Source: Rhodocyclaceae bacterium (lineage in GTDB: Bacteria; Pseudomonadota; Gammaproteobacteria; Burkholderiales; Rhodocyclaceae). From it: DNA of 64,000 nt. The notes below the pieces were generated by a model. That model did not search any database, was not told the origin of the DNA, and was given only the letters and a program-made list of their open reading frames with translations. The stretch is from assembly GCA_016702335.1 (NCBI GenBank), contig JADJEF010000020.1:1538032-1602031 (forward strand). Reading direction: 5' to 3'. Positions 18,376 through 28,400 of this stretch are shown piece by piece; positions within the stretch are counted from its first letter, which is position 1; every line of letters starts with the position of its first letter. The position numbers and the translations under genes were made by a program.

Positions 18376-18776
18376 GAGTGTTCTCCTTGGTGGGGGTGGG
18401 GGTGGCGGTTCAGTGTAGGCAAAAACGGGTCAAGAACGCGTGCGAGGCGCACGCGATGCCGCGCAAAGCCGCGATAGGCGAAGTTGAGCAAGGGCTGCAG
18501 CAAAGGGCGCGAGAGCAGCCAGGCCAGCACCGGCAGATCGGCGCGCTGATAGGCTTCGGCAAATACGCTGACACCGCTGAGCATCTGGCCATCGGCAAGC
18601 CGCCCGTGCATGGTCGCCAGGGCGATGGCGCAACTCACCTCGCAGGGCAGTGCCTCGGGGGTGCGCGCGATATCCACGAAACTCAGCAAGCCCTGCCGGT
18701 TGCGTCGCTGAAGCAAAGCAATCTCCGTGGCGCACAAGGGGCAGTTGCCGTCAAAGAACAGGGTCAGTGTTTGCAT
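18372..18776 (-). CDS. thiol-disulfide oxidoreductase DCC family (DUF393)
   Basis: LFFDGNCPLCATEIALL motif. 134 aa. 4-bp overlap with the downstream gene. Confidence 0.75.
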   Translation of the reverse strand: MQTLTLFFDGNCPLCATEIALLQRRNRQGLLSFVDIARTPEALPCEVSCAIALATMHGRLADGQMLSGVSVFAEAYQRADLPVLAWLLSRPLLQPLLNFAYRGFARHRVRLARVLDPFLPTLNRHPHPHQGEHS

Positions 18777-18915
18777 GGCGGGGTGGCGAGGGCTTCAGGG
18801 CTATGCGGCAAAGAGCAAGGACCATCTGAAGGCACGAGTAAGTGAGTTGTAGTGGACAATAATAAGAAATATCGAGAATTATTGGGTATACTACGAATCA
18901 ATACATCATCTGTCC

Positions 18916-19491
18916 ATGACAAAAATGTTACGCTATCCGATAATCCAACGCCTCCGACACTTCTGCCTTCTGATCGCTGTACCCCTGTTGCTCACCGCCT
19001 GCGCCCTTGGTCCGGCCCCCGGCGTAACCCCGGTGAGCCCGTTTGCGCTCGAACGCTATCTGGGCACCTGGTATGAAATCGCCCGCCTCGACCATCGCTT
19101 TGAGCGGGACATGTCCGATGTCAGCGCCCGCTACAGCCTCAACGCCGATGGCAGTGTGCGCGTGCTCAATCGTGGCTACGACACCGGCAAAAGCGAGTGG
19201 CGCGAGGCCGAGGGCAAGGCGTTATTCATTGATGACACCAATACTGGCTCGCTCAAAGTCTCGTTCTTTGGTCCGTTCTACGGCGGCTACCATGTGGCCG
19301 CGCTCGACCCGGACTACCGCTGGTCGCTGGTGATCGGGCCCGACCCCTCGTATGCCTGGATTCTGGCGCGCGAGAAAACGCTGTCGCCCGAGGATAGGGA
19401 GCGCATCCTGAACGTGGCCAAGCGCGCCAAGGTGGATACCGATGCGCTGATCTGGGTCAGCCAGGACAAGACCGACCCGGCCGCCAAGTAG
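18916..19491 (+). CDS. blc: bacterial lipocalin (outer-membrane lipoprotein Blc)
   Basis: Lipobox LLTAC. Lipocalin SCR1 motif GTWYEIARL. About 190 aa. AT-rich promoter upstream. Confidence 0.85.
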   Translation: MTKMLRYPIIQRLRHFCLLIAVPLLLTACALGPAPGVTPVSPFALERYLGTWYEIARLDHRFERDMSDVSARYSLNADGSVRVLNRGYDTGKSEWREAEGKALFIDDTNTGSLKVSFFGPFYGGYHVAALDPDYRWSLVIGPDPSYAWILAREKTLSPEDRERILNVAKRAKVDTDALIWVSQDKTDPAAK

Positions 19492-19518
19492 CGCACATAG
19501 TTCGTCTGCAAGCAGGCG

Positions 19519-20154
19519 TCAGGTTTCGTTGCTGCGCTTGAGCGGCTCGACGAAATGAGCCAGCTTGGCGCGCACCTCGCTGCGCAACTCGGGGAAGTGA
19601 ACGCCCTTGAGTGCCAGCGCGCCGATCATCACCATCTTGGCAAAGCGGCCCATCTCGGCCTCGGTAAAGGTGCCCGAACGCTTGTTGATCAGTTCCGCGA
19701 CACCAATAATTTCTCCGCGCGCTGACGTCAGGGGTACGCACAAGATAGTGCGTGTGATCACACCGGTTTCCGCATCCACCTGGCGATTGAAGCGGGGATC
19801 GGCATAGGGGTCATCGATGATCTCGGGCTTGCCCGAGTGGAACACATGACCGGCAATACCACTGGTGTTGGGTATGCGGATGACGTGGGATGAATCGCTC
19901 TCGGTGGGGAAGAAAAACAGTTCTCGGGTGACGGGGTCGTTGAAGAACAGCGAGCCCATTTCGGCGTCGATTTCTGTCTTCGCGATGGCGATGATGGCCG
20001 AGACGCCCTCATGCAGGGTGTGGGTGATCGAAAGCCGCGTGGATATGGCCAGCAGCAACTCCGCTTCGCTGAGCGCGTAGGGTACTTGCTCGACCGGAAC
20101 CTGGCTTTTATCGATGGGTGGCATGAAATAGTGACTTTCAGTCAATGACAACAA
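19519..20154 (-). CDS. GAF-domain protein
   Basis: About 200 aa. Pattern consistent with a GAF fold (..GVITRTILCVPL..GEIIGVAELINK). The start may instead be at 20124. Confidence 0.55.
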   Translation of the reverse strand: MLSLTESHYFMPPIDKSQVPVEQVPYALSEAELLLAISTRLSITHTLHEGVSAIIAIAKTEIDAEMGSLFFNDPVTRELFFFPTESDSSHVIRIPNTSGIAGHVFHSGKPEIIDDPYADPRFNRQVDAETGVITRTILCVPLTSARGEIIGVAELINKRSGTFTEAEMGRFAKMVMIGALALKGVHFPELRSEVRAKLAHFVEPLKRSNET

Positions 20155-20157
20155 CGG

Positions 20158-21501
20158 TTACAAGGCAGGCTTTTTACCACCTGCGCTGCTGGCGGTGAGA
20201 AAACAGGCGCGTACATCCACCCGCGCCTGAAGGCGGGCAGCGAGCAAGTACACGCCGCCAATCTTGCGATGCAGAAAAATGGCATCCACCGGTGGGGTAT
20301 GCCAATAGTCGCGGTCAAAACCCAGTTCCATGCCCAGGCTGTTGATGCGCCTGGCCATATCGGTCTGGCCAAAATCATAGGTACCCGCATGGCGTAGTGG
20401 CTCACAGGCGATCATGAAGATGTCGATCACCACGTCCTTGTGCCGGGGCAGGCTATCGGCCTGAAAGTAACCGATATCGCGTGCCGCCGATTCGAGCGCG
20501 GCGCGATCTTCGTGCATGCCGGCACTGAGCAGGCGGTGATAGGCCTCGATGCGGTCCTTGCGATACACCCGCGTGGCACCAAAATCGAGCAGCACGAGGC
20601 GGTCGCTGACCGGGTCGTAGCGGTAATTGGCGAAGTTGGGGTCGGTCTGCACGCGCCGGAACTCGAACATCTCGCGCACCAGCAGCGAGAACAGCAAGGT
20701 GCCCAGACGGTCACGTCGCGCCTGCGGTGCCGAGAGCTGATCTTCAATGGGCGTGCCGTCAATGAAGGACATGGCCAAAATATTCTTGCGCGTGAATTCC
20801 TCGACCACGCGCGGCAGCACAAAATCGTCACTGCCAGCGAGCAACTCGCCGTAGTGCGCGAGGTGCTTGCCCTCTTTGACGTAATCGGCTTCTTCGTGCA
20901 ACTGACGCTTGGCTTCCTCGACCAGGGGGTCGATGTCCAGACTGCGCGGCACCAGCCCGGCCATGCGCAGCAGGCTCACGACATTGGCCACATCGCTGTC
21001 GATGCTCTGGCGCACACCGGGGTACTGCACCTTGATCGCGAGCTTTTCACCGTCGTGGGTGCGCGCCGCGTGCACCTGCCCGATCGAGGCGGCGGCCACC
21101 GGCGTAAAGTCGAACTCGGCGAACTGCGCTTCCCAGCCCTTGCCCCAGGCCTTGTTGAGCACTTTCATCAACTGCTCGCGCGGCATGTGGTGGGCCTCGG
21201 AACGCAGACGCCCCAAAATGGCCGTGAGCTCCGGGGGCAGCAGATCGCCGGCATCCATGGACAGCATCTGGCCCAGCTTCATCGCCGCACCGCGCATTTG
21301 CGCCAACTGGTCGGCAATGCGCTGGGCATTTTTGGGTGTCAGCAGCAGATCCGATACGCTCGGCCGCTTGCCCTGCGCCAGCTGACGCACGCCCTCCGCC
21401 AGAATATTGCCGGCAATTCCCGAGGCCATTCCGCCTAGCCGCGCCAGGCGCGAAAGACGTGCGGACGGTACTGCCGAGGCTTCGACTTTTTTATCTTTCA
21501 T
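20158..21501 (-). CDS. ABC1/UbiB-family atypical kinase
   Basis: 447 aa. Motifs AAASIGQVHAA, LAIKVQYPGV and LLDFGATR are typical of AarF/ABC1/UbiB. Confidence 0.8.
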   Translation of the reverse strand: MKDKKVEASAVPSARLSRLARLGGMASGIAGNILAEGVRQLAQGKRPSVSDLLLTPKNAQRIADQLAQMRGAAMKLGQMLSMDAGDLLPPELTAILGRLRSEAHHMPREQLMKVLNKAWGKGWEAQFAEFDFTPVAAASIGQVHAARTHDGEKLAIKVQYPGVRQSIDSDVANVVSLLRMAGLVPRSLDIDPLVEEAKRQLHEEADYVKEGKHLAHYGELLAGSDDFVLPRVVEEFTRKNILAMSFIDGTPIEDQLSAPQARRDRLGTLLFSLLVREMFEFRRVQTDPNFANYRYDPVSDRLVLLDFGATRVYRKDRIEAYHRLLSAGMHEDRAALESAARDIGYFQADSLPRHKDVVIDIFMIACEPLRHAGTYDFGQTDMARRINSLGMELGFDRDYWHTPPVDAIFLHRKIGGVYLLAARLQARVDVRACFLTASSAGGKKPAL

Positions 21502-21532
21502 GCGGCCCTCTTCATCGTCATCGGCGGTGCGG

Positions 21533-22411
21533 TCAGTGGTCGGCCCGGAGGCTGGCGCGCCAAATGCCGGTCGTCAGGATGGTACCCACAACAATCAGCA
21601 AACCGCCGGTGATGAAGCGGGGTGTCAGACTTTCATTGAGAAAGACCACACCCCAGAATGTGCCAAAAAGCGGGATCAAAAAAGTGACCGAGAGCGCACG
21701 CACCGGCCCGACATCGGTAATCAAACGGAAGTACATCAGGTAGGCTGCGCCGGTGCAAAGAATACCGAGCGCCAGTGCCGAGCCCCAGGCCATAGCCTCA
21801 GGCTGTCCGGGAAACGGAGCGAGACAAAAGGGCAGCACCATGAGGCTGGAGGCCCCCATGCTGCCGGCGGCATTCTCGAATGCGCCGCCGGCCTGCGGCG
21901 CGCGTTGTGCCAGACCACTGGCAATAGCGTAGCACAGGGGCGCGAGCACTGCCGCGAGGATGGGCAAGCTGCTGCCGACGGGCAGGTGCGCGCCCTCGCC
22001 CAGCGTCATCAAGGCTACGCCGCTGACGCCCAGCGCGAGACCAAGGCCGGCGGTCGCCGTGACCGGCTGCCTCAAGAAAACAAGACCCAGGAGTGCGCCC
22101 CAGATAGGTGCCGTGGAGTTGAACACCGAGAGTACCGAGGCGGGCAGGGTACCTGCCGCATAAGCAAAAAGCAGGAAGGGCAAGGCCGAGTTGAACAGGC
22201 CGATGGTTGCGTAGTGCCGCCAGTGCGCACGCCAGTCGATACGCCGCCCAAGCCAGCGGCCGACGCCAAGCAAAAACAGGAACGCAATGCCGACGCGCAG
22301 CTCAATGATCCAGCCGGCACCGAAGGCCGGCACTCCCAGGCGCAAAAACATGAATGACGCACCCCACAAGGCCGCCAGCAGCACCAGCAGACCGAAGCTG
22401 GCCGGGGTCAT
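21533..22411 (-). CDS. EamA-family (DMT) transporter
   Basis: 10 predicted TM helices with duplicated EamA halves. 292 aa. Confidence 0.8.
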   Translation of the reverse strand: MTPASFGLLVLLAALWGASFMFLRLGVPAFGAGWIIELRVGIAFLFLLGVGRWLGRRIDWRAHWRHYATIGLFNSALPFLLFAYAAGTLPASVLSVFNSTAPIWGALLGLVFLRQPVTATAGLGLALGVSGVALMTLGEGAHLPVGSSLPILAAVLAPLCYAIASGLAQRAPQAGGAFENAAGSMGASSLMVLPFCLAPFPGQPEAMAWGSALALGILCTGAAYLMYFRLITDVGPVRALSVTFLIPLFGTFWGVVFLNESLTPRFITGGLLIVVGTILTTGIWRASLRADH

Positions 22412-23541
22412 CGGCCGCGGGCAATGGCGATGGGCACTACGGTCGCCGCCGCTGGGCGCTCGTGCGCCGTCCCCGGCGTGCCACGAAAGCCGATGACGTG
22501 GTCGACGGCCAGACGGATGCCGATCTTTTCACCCACCGCGTGGTTGTGGTGCGAGGGCACCAGCGAGAGCAATTCGCGCCCCGATGCCAGGCGCAAGGTA
22601 TAGAGAAAGTCGGCACCGCGAAAGGACTTGGCTACGACCTCGGCCTGCAGCTCGCTGGCATCGTCATGCACAATGTCGTCTGGGCGCAGCAGCACGTCGA
22701 GGTGGCAGTCGCGCTGGCAGGTCATGCAGGTTTCAGCGCATTCGAGGGGCAGGTCGGAATGCAGCACGCCCAGCTCGACCTGCACCTCGCCCTTGCCCAC
22801 CACCTCGCCGGGCATGAACACCCCCTGGCCGATGAAGTCGGCCACCGCGCGCGTCGCCGGTTGGTGATACAGCTCGTAGGGGGGTGCCCATTGCTCGATG
22901 CGCCCGTCGCGCATTACACCCACCACATCGGCCATGGCAAAGGCCTCGTGTTGATCATGCGTGACCAGAATGGCCGAGGTGCCCGAGCGCTTGAGGATGT
23001 CGCGCACTTCGAGCGAGAGGCGCTCACGCAGCTCGACATCGAGATTAGAAAAGGGCTCGTCCATGAGCAGCAGATGCGGTGCCGGCGCCAGTGCCCGCGC
23101 CAGGGCCACGCGCTGCTGCTGGCCACCGGAAAGCTCGTGCGGATAGCGCCCGCCCTGAGCCGCCAGCCCGACCAGGTCCAGCATTTCCTCAATTCGCCGT
23201 ATCGCCAGCGCCGACTTGCGGTCAGGCAGGCCAAAACCGACGTTCTGGGCAATGGTCAGGTGCGGAAACAGAGCGTAGTCCTGAAACACCATGCCGATGC
23301 GGCGCTTTTCCGGCGGCAGTTGCCGGCGCGCATCGGCAATCAACTCGCCACCCAGCGCAATGCGGCCAGCCTGCGGCGTTTCGAAGCCCGCAATCAGGCG
23401 CAATACCGTCGTCTTGCCGCAGCCCGAGGCACCGAGCAGGCAGGCGATATCCCCGTGTTCGAGGGCGAACGACAGCTCACGCACCACGGGGGTCTTTCCG
23501 TAGGCATGGGATAGGGCATCCACTGAGAGGATCGCGGACAT
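22408..23541 (-). CDS. ABC transporter ATP-binding protein (Fe3+/polyamine-type, FbpC/PotA-like)
   Basis: Walker A GASGCGKTT, signature LSGGQQQRVALARAL, Walker B LLLMDEPFSNLD, C-terminal TOBE-like domain. The start is Met at 23541; the extension to 23622 is rejected. Contains a copy of the dispersed repeat. Confidence 0.85.
   Translation of the reverse strand: MSAILSVDALSHAYGKTPVVRELSFALEHGDIACLLGASGCGKTTVLRLIAGFETPQAGRIALGGELIADARRQLPPEKRRIGMVFQDYALFPHLTIAQNVGFGLPDRKSALAIRRIEEMLDLVGLAAQGGRYPHELSGGQQQRVALARALAPAPHLLLMDEPFSNLDVELRERLSLEVRDILKRSGTSAILVTHDQHEAFAMADVVGVMRDGRIEQWAPPYELYHQPATRAVADFIGQGVFMPGEVVGKGEVQVELGVLHSDLPLECAETCMTCQRDCHLDVLLRPDDIVHDDASELQAEVVAKSFRGADFLYTLRLASGRELLSLVPSHHNHAVGEKIGIRLAVDHVIGFRGTPGTAHERPAAATVVPIAIARGR
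23195..23221 (+). repeat. dispersed element copy 3
   Basis: CGCCGTatcgCCAGCGCCGACTTGCGG. Lies inside the minus-strand ABC ATPase gene, where it encodes ...RKSALAIRRI... on the other strand. Confidence 0.85.
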
Positions 23542-23578
23542 CAGGAAATGGGCTTCAGGTAATTGAGAGTCATTCGCA

Positions 23579-25297
23579 ATGAGTATACTGGGCTGGCGCC
23601 CTTTTCGACCGCCCTTGTTCACTCACTTCGCCAGCGACCCCTTCACCTTGCCGCGCCTGACCGTTTCCCCTCTGACCGCACTGGCGGTAGTGCTCGCCTT
23701 TGCGGTGGCCATGCCGGTGCTCTCGGTCGCCGCCAACCTGTTTGACGCCGGCACCTCGGGCACCTGGGCGCATCTGGTCGACACCGTGCTGGCCGACTAC
23801 ATACTCAATTCCCTCTGGCTCTGTCTGGGCGTGGGTCTGGGTGTGGCGGCGCTGGGTACCGGCTCGGCCTGGCTGGTGGCGCTGCATGAGTTCCCTGGCC
23901 GGCGTACCGCCGAATGGGCGCTGCTCTTGCCGATGGCGATGCCCGCGTATGTGCTGGCCTACGTCTACACCGACTTTTTGCAGTTTGTCGGCCCGGTACA
24001 AAGCGGCCTGCGCGAGGGCTTTGGCTGGAGCAAAGCCGACTACTGGTTCCCCGAGGTGCGCAGCCTGCCGGGCGCAATTGCACTGTTTTCCTTTGTGCTT
24101 TACCCCTATGTCTATCTGCTGGTGCGCTCGGCCTTTCTCGAGCGCGCCGCCGGCACGCTGGAGGCGGCGCGCAGCCTCGGCCTGTCGCGCGGGCAGGCCA
24201 TCGTGCGCGTGCTCGTTCCGCTGACCCGCCCGGCGATTGCCGCCGGCGTGGCGCTGGCGCTGATGGAAACACTGGCCGACTATGGCACTGTCGCTTACTT
24301 CGCCCTGCCGACGTTTACCACTGGCATCTACCGTGCGTGGTTCTCGCTCGGTGACCGCACCGCGGCGGCGCAGCTGGCCGGCTGCCTGCTCAGCTTCGTG
24401 TTGCTGCTGCTGCTGGTCGAGCGCGCCAGTCGCGGCCGTGCCCGCTACCACGACACCTCAGCGCGCACACGCAACCCCCGGCGACCGCTCACCGGCCTGC
24501 GTGCCCGGCTGGCCCTGGCCGGTTGCGCCGTGCCGGTGCTCATGGGCTTTGCCCTGCCGGCGTGGCTGCTGGTGCGGTTGGCCCGGCAAGACGACGCCTC
24601 CTTACCTTTCGAGCGCTTCTGGCACCTGGCTGGGAACAGTGTTCTGGTCGCACTGGTGGCCGCCGTGCTGGCCGCCGGATTGGCGCTGCTGCTGGCGTAC
24701 GCCGCACGCGGCACCCGCCCGCAACAACGTGTGGCCAAAGTGGCCGCGCGCCTGACCAGTCTTGGCTACGCCGTTCCCGGCTCAGTGATTGCGGTCGGCG
24801 TGCTGATTCCCGTGACCCGGCTCGATCACGCGCTTGGCAGCGCCTGGCAGGCGTTGAGCGGAAGCCACCCGGGCCTGCTGCTCACCGGCGGCATTGCCGC
24901 GTTGGTCTATGCCTATCTCGCCCGCTTTCTGTCCATTGCCCTGCAAACCATGGACGCCGGCTTTACCCGCCTGACGCCGAGCATGGACGCCGTCGCGCGC
25001 AGCCTAGGGTGCACGCCGGGGCAGACGCTACGCCGGGTGCATCTGCCGGTGCTGCGCGGCAGCGTGCTCACCGCCGCGCTGCTGGTGTTTGTCGATGTCA
25101 TGAAAGAGCTGCCCGCCACGCTGGTGATGCGCCCGTTCAACTTCGACACGCTGGCCACGCAAACCTACACCTTCGCCGCCGATGAGCGCCTGGGCGAAGC
25201 CGCCGTGGTATCGCTGGCGATTGTGGTCGTCGGGCTATTGCCGCTGATCGTGCTGGCGCGACAGATCGGCAAGGGGCAAAAAGTGTCGGGCTGCTGA
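23579..25297 (+). CDS. ABC transporter permease, two fused BPD_transp_1 domains (FbpB-like iron(III) permease)
   Basis: 572 aa, about 12 TM helices with duplicated halves. Divergent from the ATPase gene. Confidence 0.85.
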   Translation: MSILGWRPFRPPLFTHFASDPFTLPRLTVSPLTALAVVLAFAVAMPVLSVAANLFDAGTSGTWAHLVDTVLADYILNSLWLCLGVGLGVAALGTGSAWLVALHEFPGRRTAEWALLLPMAMPAYVLAYVYTDFLQFVGPVQSGLREGFGWSKADYWFPEVRSLPGAIALFSFVLYPYVYLLVRSAFLERAAGTLEAARSLGLSRGQAIVRVLVPLTRPAIAAGVALALMETLADYGTVAYFALPTFTTGIYRAWFSLGDRTAAAQLAGCLLSFVLLLLLVERASRGRARYHDTSARTRNPRRPLTGLRARLALAGCAVPVLMGFALPAWLLVRLARQDDASLPFERFWHLAGNSVLVALVAAVLAAGLALLLAYAARGTRPQQRVAKVAARLTSLGYAVPGSVIAVGVLIPVTRLDHALGSAWQALSGSHPGLLLTGGIAALVYAYLARFLSIALQTMDAGFTRLTPSMDAVARSLGCTPGQTLRRVHLPVLRGSVLTAALLVFVDVMKELPATLVMRPFNFDTLATQTYTFAADERLGEAAVVSLAIVVVGLLPLIVLARQIGKGQKVSGC

Positions 25298-25413
25298 ACC
25301 AAGACTCTCAGGGCCCGCAGTCGAACTCGCGCGTTGCGCGGCTTCTGTCGCATGCACATCGTTGGCGATGGCGGTACTGTGACAACGGGCAAGAAAAAAG
25401 CCTCGCCCGGCAA

Positions 25414-28400
25414 TCAAGCCTTCCCCGCCTCCCCACTCCCCGCCGCCTTCCGCGTTCGCGGCGCCGTCTTGGCGTGGGGCATATCCGTCATCTCAATCAA
25501 CTGCTTCATTTCCTTGCCCATTGCTTGCACACGCTCCCAGATGTCATGGTCCATCTTGAGCTTGTGGTAGGCCGCTGTGACCAGCGGGGCGATGCCCTTC
25601 TCATAGGTTTCAGACAGGCTGCGCATGGTGGCGGCAATAGCCGGCGATTCCGCCACATCGACCCGTATGCTCGGTTGCAATGCCGCGATCATGTCGCGTA
25701 GCGCCCCCAGCTCCCGCGCCCAGTCCGGCGTACCGGGCAGCGGGCTGGCGAGTTGGGTTCTGAGGCCATCGAGGGTCATGCCGATGTCGGCAAGCAAATT
25801 GGCGACCCGGGTGGCACCGTCGCTTTCGCTCCCGCCAAGTTTCTTCAGGCGTCGGTAGCCTTCGGTGATGGTCGTCCAGCGGGCCTGCTCCTCCTTGGTC
25901 GGCGTGCCAATCAGTTGCGCCAGTTTCAGCAGATTCTCCTCGGCACCGGTGGTCAGCGTCTGCGCTTCGCCTCGGTAGTGGTCGCGCAGCAGTGCGTCGA
26001 GTTCTGCCGGCTCCATGATCGCGGTGACTTTCACTGCCAGCTTGGCCATGTTGCGGTAGCTGCCTTGGAGCTTGAAGGGCGGTTCGACCCTGTAGTCGTC
26101 GTCCTGCGCTGCGGACAGAATGTAGGCTTGATTGACCCGCAGCAGGACGTCGCGCACCTTGAACAAGCGTTGCATGATGCCGGTCAGCTCCGTGAGCTCG
26201 GCGCTGCTGTAGCTGTGGGCGAAGGCACTGGCGGGGATATCTTCGCCCTGGGCGAGTTTGACCAGACGCTCGATGTCTTTCGGGTCGCGGGTGGCCAGCG
26301 GCATCAGCGCCGGGTTCGCCGTCAGGCTGTTTTCGATATAGGACAGCGCGAAGCTGGCTTCCTTGCCCGAGAGCACGTCGCCGAGGTTGTAGATGTCGGC
26401 GCGATTCGCCAGCATGTCGGGGATCTTGAAGGCCTCGCCGGACTCGGTATAGGGATTGCCGGCCATCACCACCGCGAAGCGCTTGCCGCGCATGTCGTAG
26501 GTGCGCGGTGCGCCCTGCCAGACGCCTTCGATGCGGCGGGTGCCGTCGCACAGCGCGATGAACTTTTGCAGAAATTCCGGGTTCGTGTGCTGGATGTCGT
26601 CGAGATAGAGCATCACGTTGTTGCCCATCGCCAGGCCGAGGTTGAGCTTTTCCAGTTCCTGTCTGGCGCCGCTATGCGGGGCCTGGGTGGGGTCGAGCGA
26701 GACCACGTCGTGGCCCAGCGCCGGGCAGTTGATGCGCACAAAGATCAGCCCCAGGCGGTCGGCGATGTATTCCATCAGCGTGGTCTTGCCGTAGCCGGGC
26801 GGCGAGATCAGCAGCAGCATGCCCATGCGGTCGGTGCGCTTGGCGTCGCCGGCCGCGCCGATCTGCTTGGCCAGGTTGTCACCGACCAGCGGCAGATAGA
26901 CCTCGTCGATCAGGCGGTTGCGCACAAAGCTGGAGAGCGGCTTGGCCTGGAACTGGTCGAGGTGGAGTTGCGCTTTCTCGCTGGCCAACACTTGCTGGCG
27001 CAGCGCCTGCCAGCGCCGAAACTGAGGCACGATGCCGTTGGCGTGCTGACGCAGACGGCCGTGGAAATCGTTGAGATTGAGCGCAAGCTGACCGTTCTCG
27101 ATGCGCGGGTGTTCGCCGCGCAGGCCCGCGACGGTGCAGGCGAGGTCGGCGTTGTGGCGCTGGCGCGGCAGGTCAAGCACCAGCGTCGCCGCCGCTTCGT
27201 CGCTCCAGGCTGCCTCTGTCGGCGCGTGGGCTTGTTGGTAGCTGCCCACCCAGTCGCGCGCGAGGTGCCAGGCGTCGAGCGGGGTACAGTCGGCGAGGCT
27301 GTCTCGCCAGCGGGCAAGCTGTCCCTGGCGTTCGAGATGGCGGACGAAGGCGTCGGCCAGGTCGAGTGCCGCTCCGCTGGCGATCCATGCGCCGTCGCTG
27401 GCGAGTTCGTCGACCAGGTAGGCGGCGGCCTCCTCACTGAGTTCCGGCCCAGCGGCCCAGAGCTTCAGCAGGTGTTCGCGCTCGGCGATGCGTGCGATAT
27501 CGGGTGCCCAGCGGGTGATCAAGGCCTGGCGGACATTGGCTGCGCCGAAGAGTTGATAGATCTGCCCGGCGCTGGCGGCTTGACGTTGCAGGCGCGGACG
27601 TTCAATCATCGGCGCACCTTGCAGCCAGAACAGCGCGGCCAACACGCGCGCCCGTGGGCTGAAGGCCAGACGGCTGGCCTGGGCTTGCATCGGCAGCAGG
27701 GCGGTCAGGATGGCGGCGGTGTCGTGGTCGTGCACGCCCTTTTGGTAGCCTTCCTGATAGCGGGCGGCGCTGAATTCGCGCACCAGTGCCAAGAGCCCCT
27801 CCTGCGTGTCGGCGCTGCACAGGGTTTGCAGGGTGTCGAGGGTGGTTTCATACTCGCCGCGCTGGCAGGCGTGCAGAATCTCTCCAGCGAGGTATTCGGC
27901 GCGGTAAAGGGTGGCAGATTCCGAGACCAGCGCCATCGTCCAGAAGGGCTTGAGCGCTTGTGCTTCTTCGTGTTGCAGCGGCACCAGATAGTCGGTGCCG
28001 GTGAGGTGATAGGCCAGGCCTTGCTCGCCGGGAACCAGCGTCAGATCGAGCGCCTGGTGACCCACCGTGAACGCGTGCCGCCCCAGGTGGATGGTATTGC
28101 CGTCTTCGCCGGTCAGTTCGGCGCGGTCGCGCACGGCGCGAATGGCCTGGTCGCGGGCAGTCTTCAGCCGGGTGTCAAGGTCGTCGGCCTGCAGTTGCGC
28201 GCCGATCTTGCGCAATTCGTCGCAGACGCTGCGGCATTTGGCCAGCAGTGGGTCGCCGGCGAAATAGCCATGCACCTCGGCCAGTTCCTTGAATTGCTGC
28301 ACCCGACGGGGGATGCCGGCGATGATACGTTGGGCGGAGTCCATCAAGGTCTGCGCGCGGCGCTGGCGGGTTTCCAGCAGTTGCTGCTTTCGGGCGGTCA

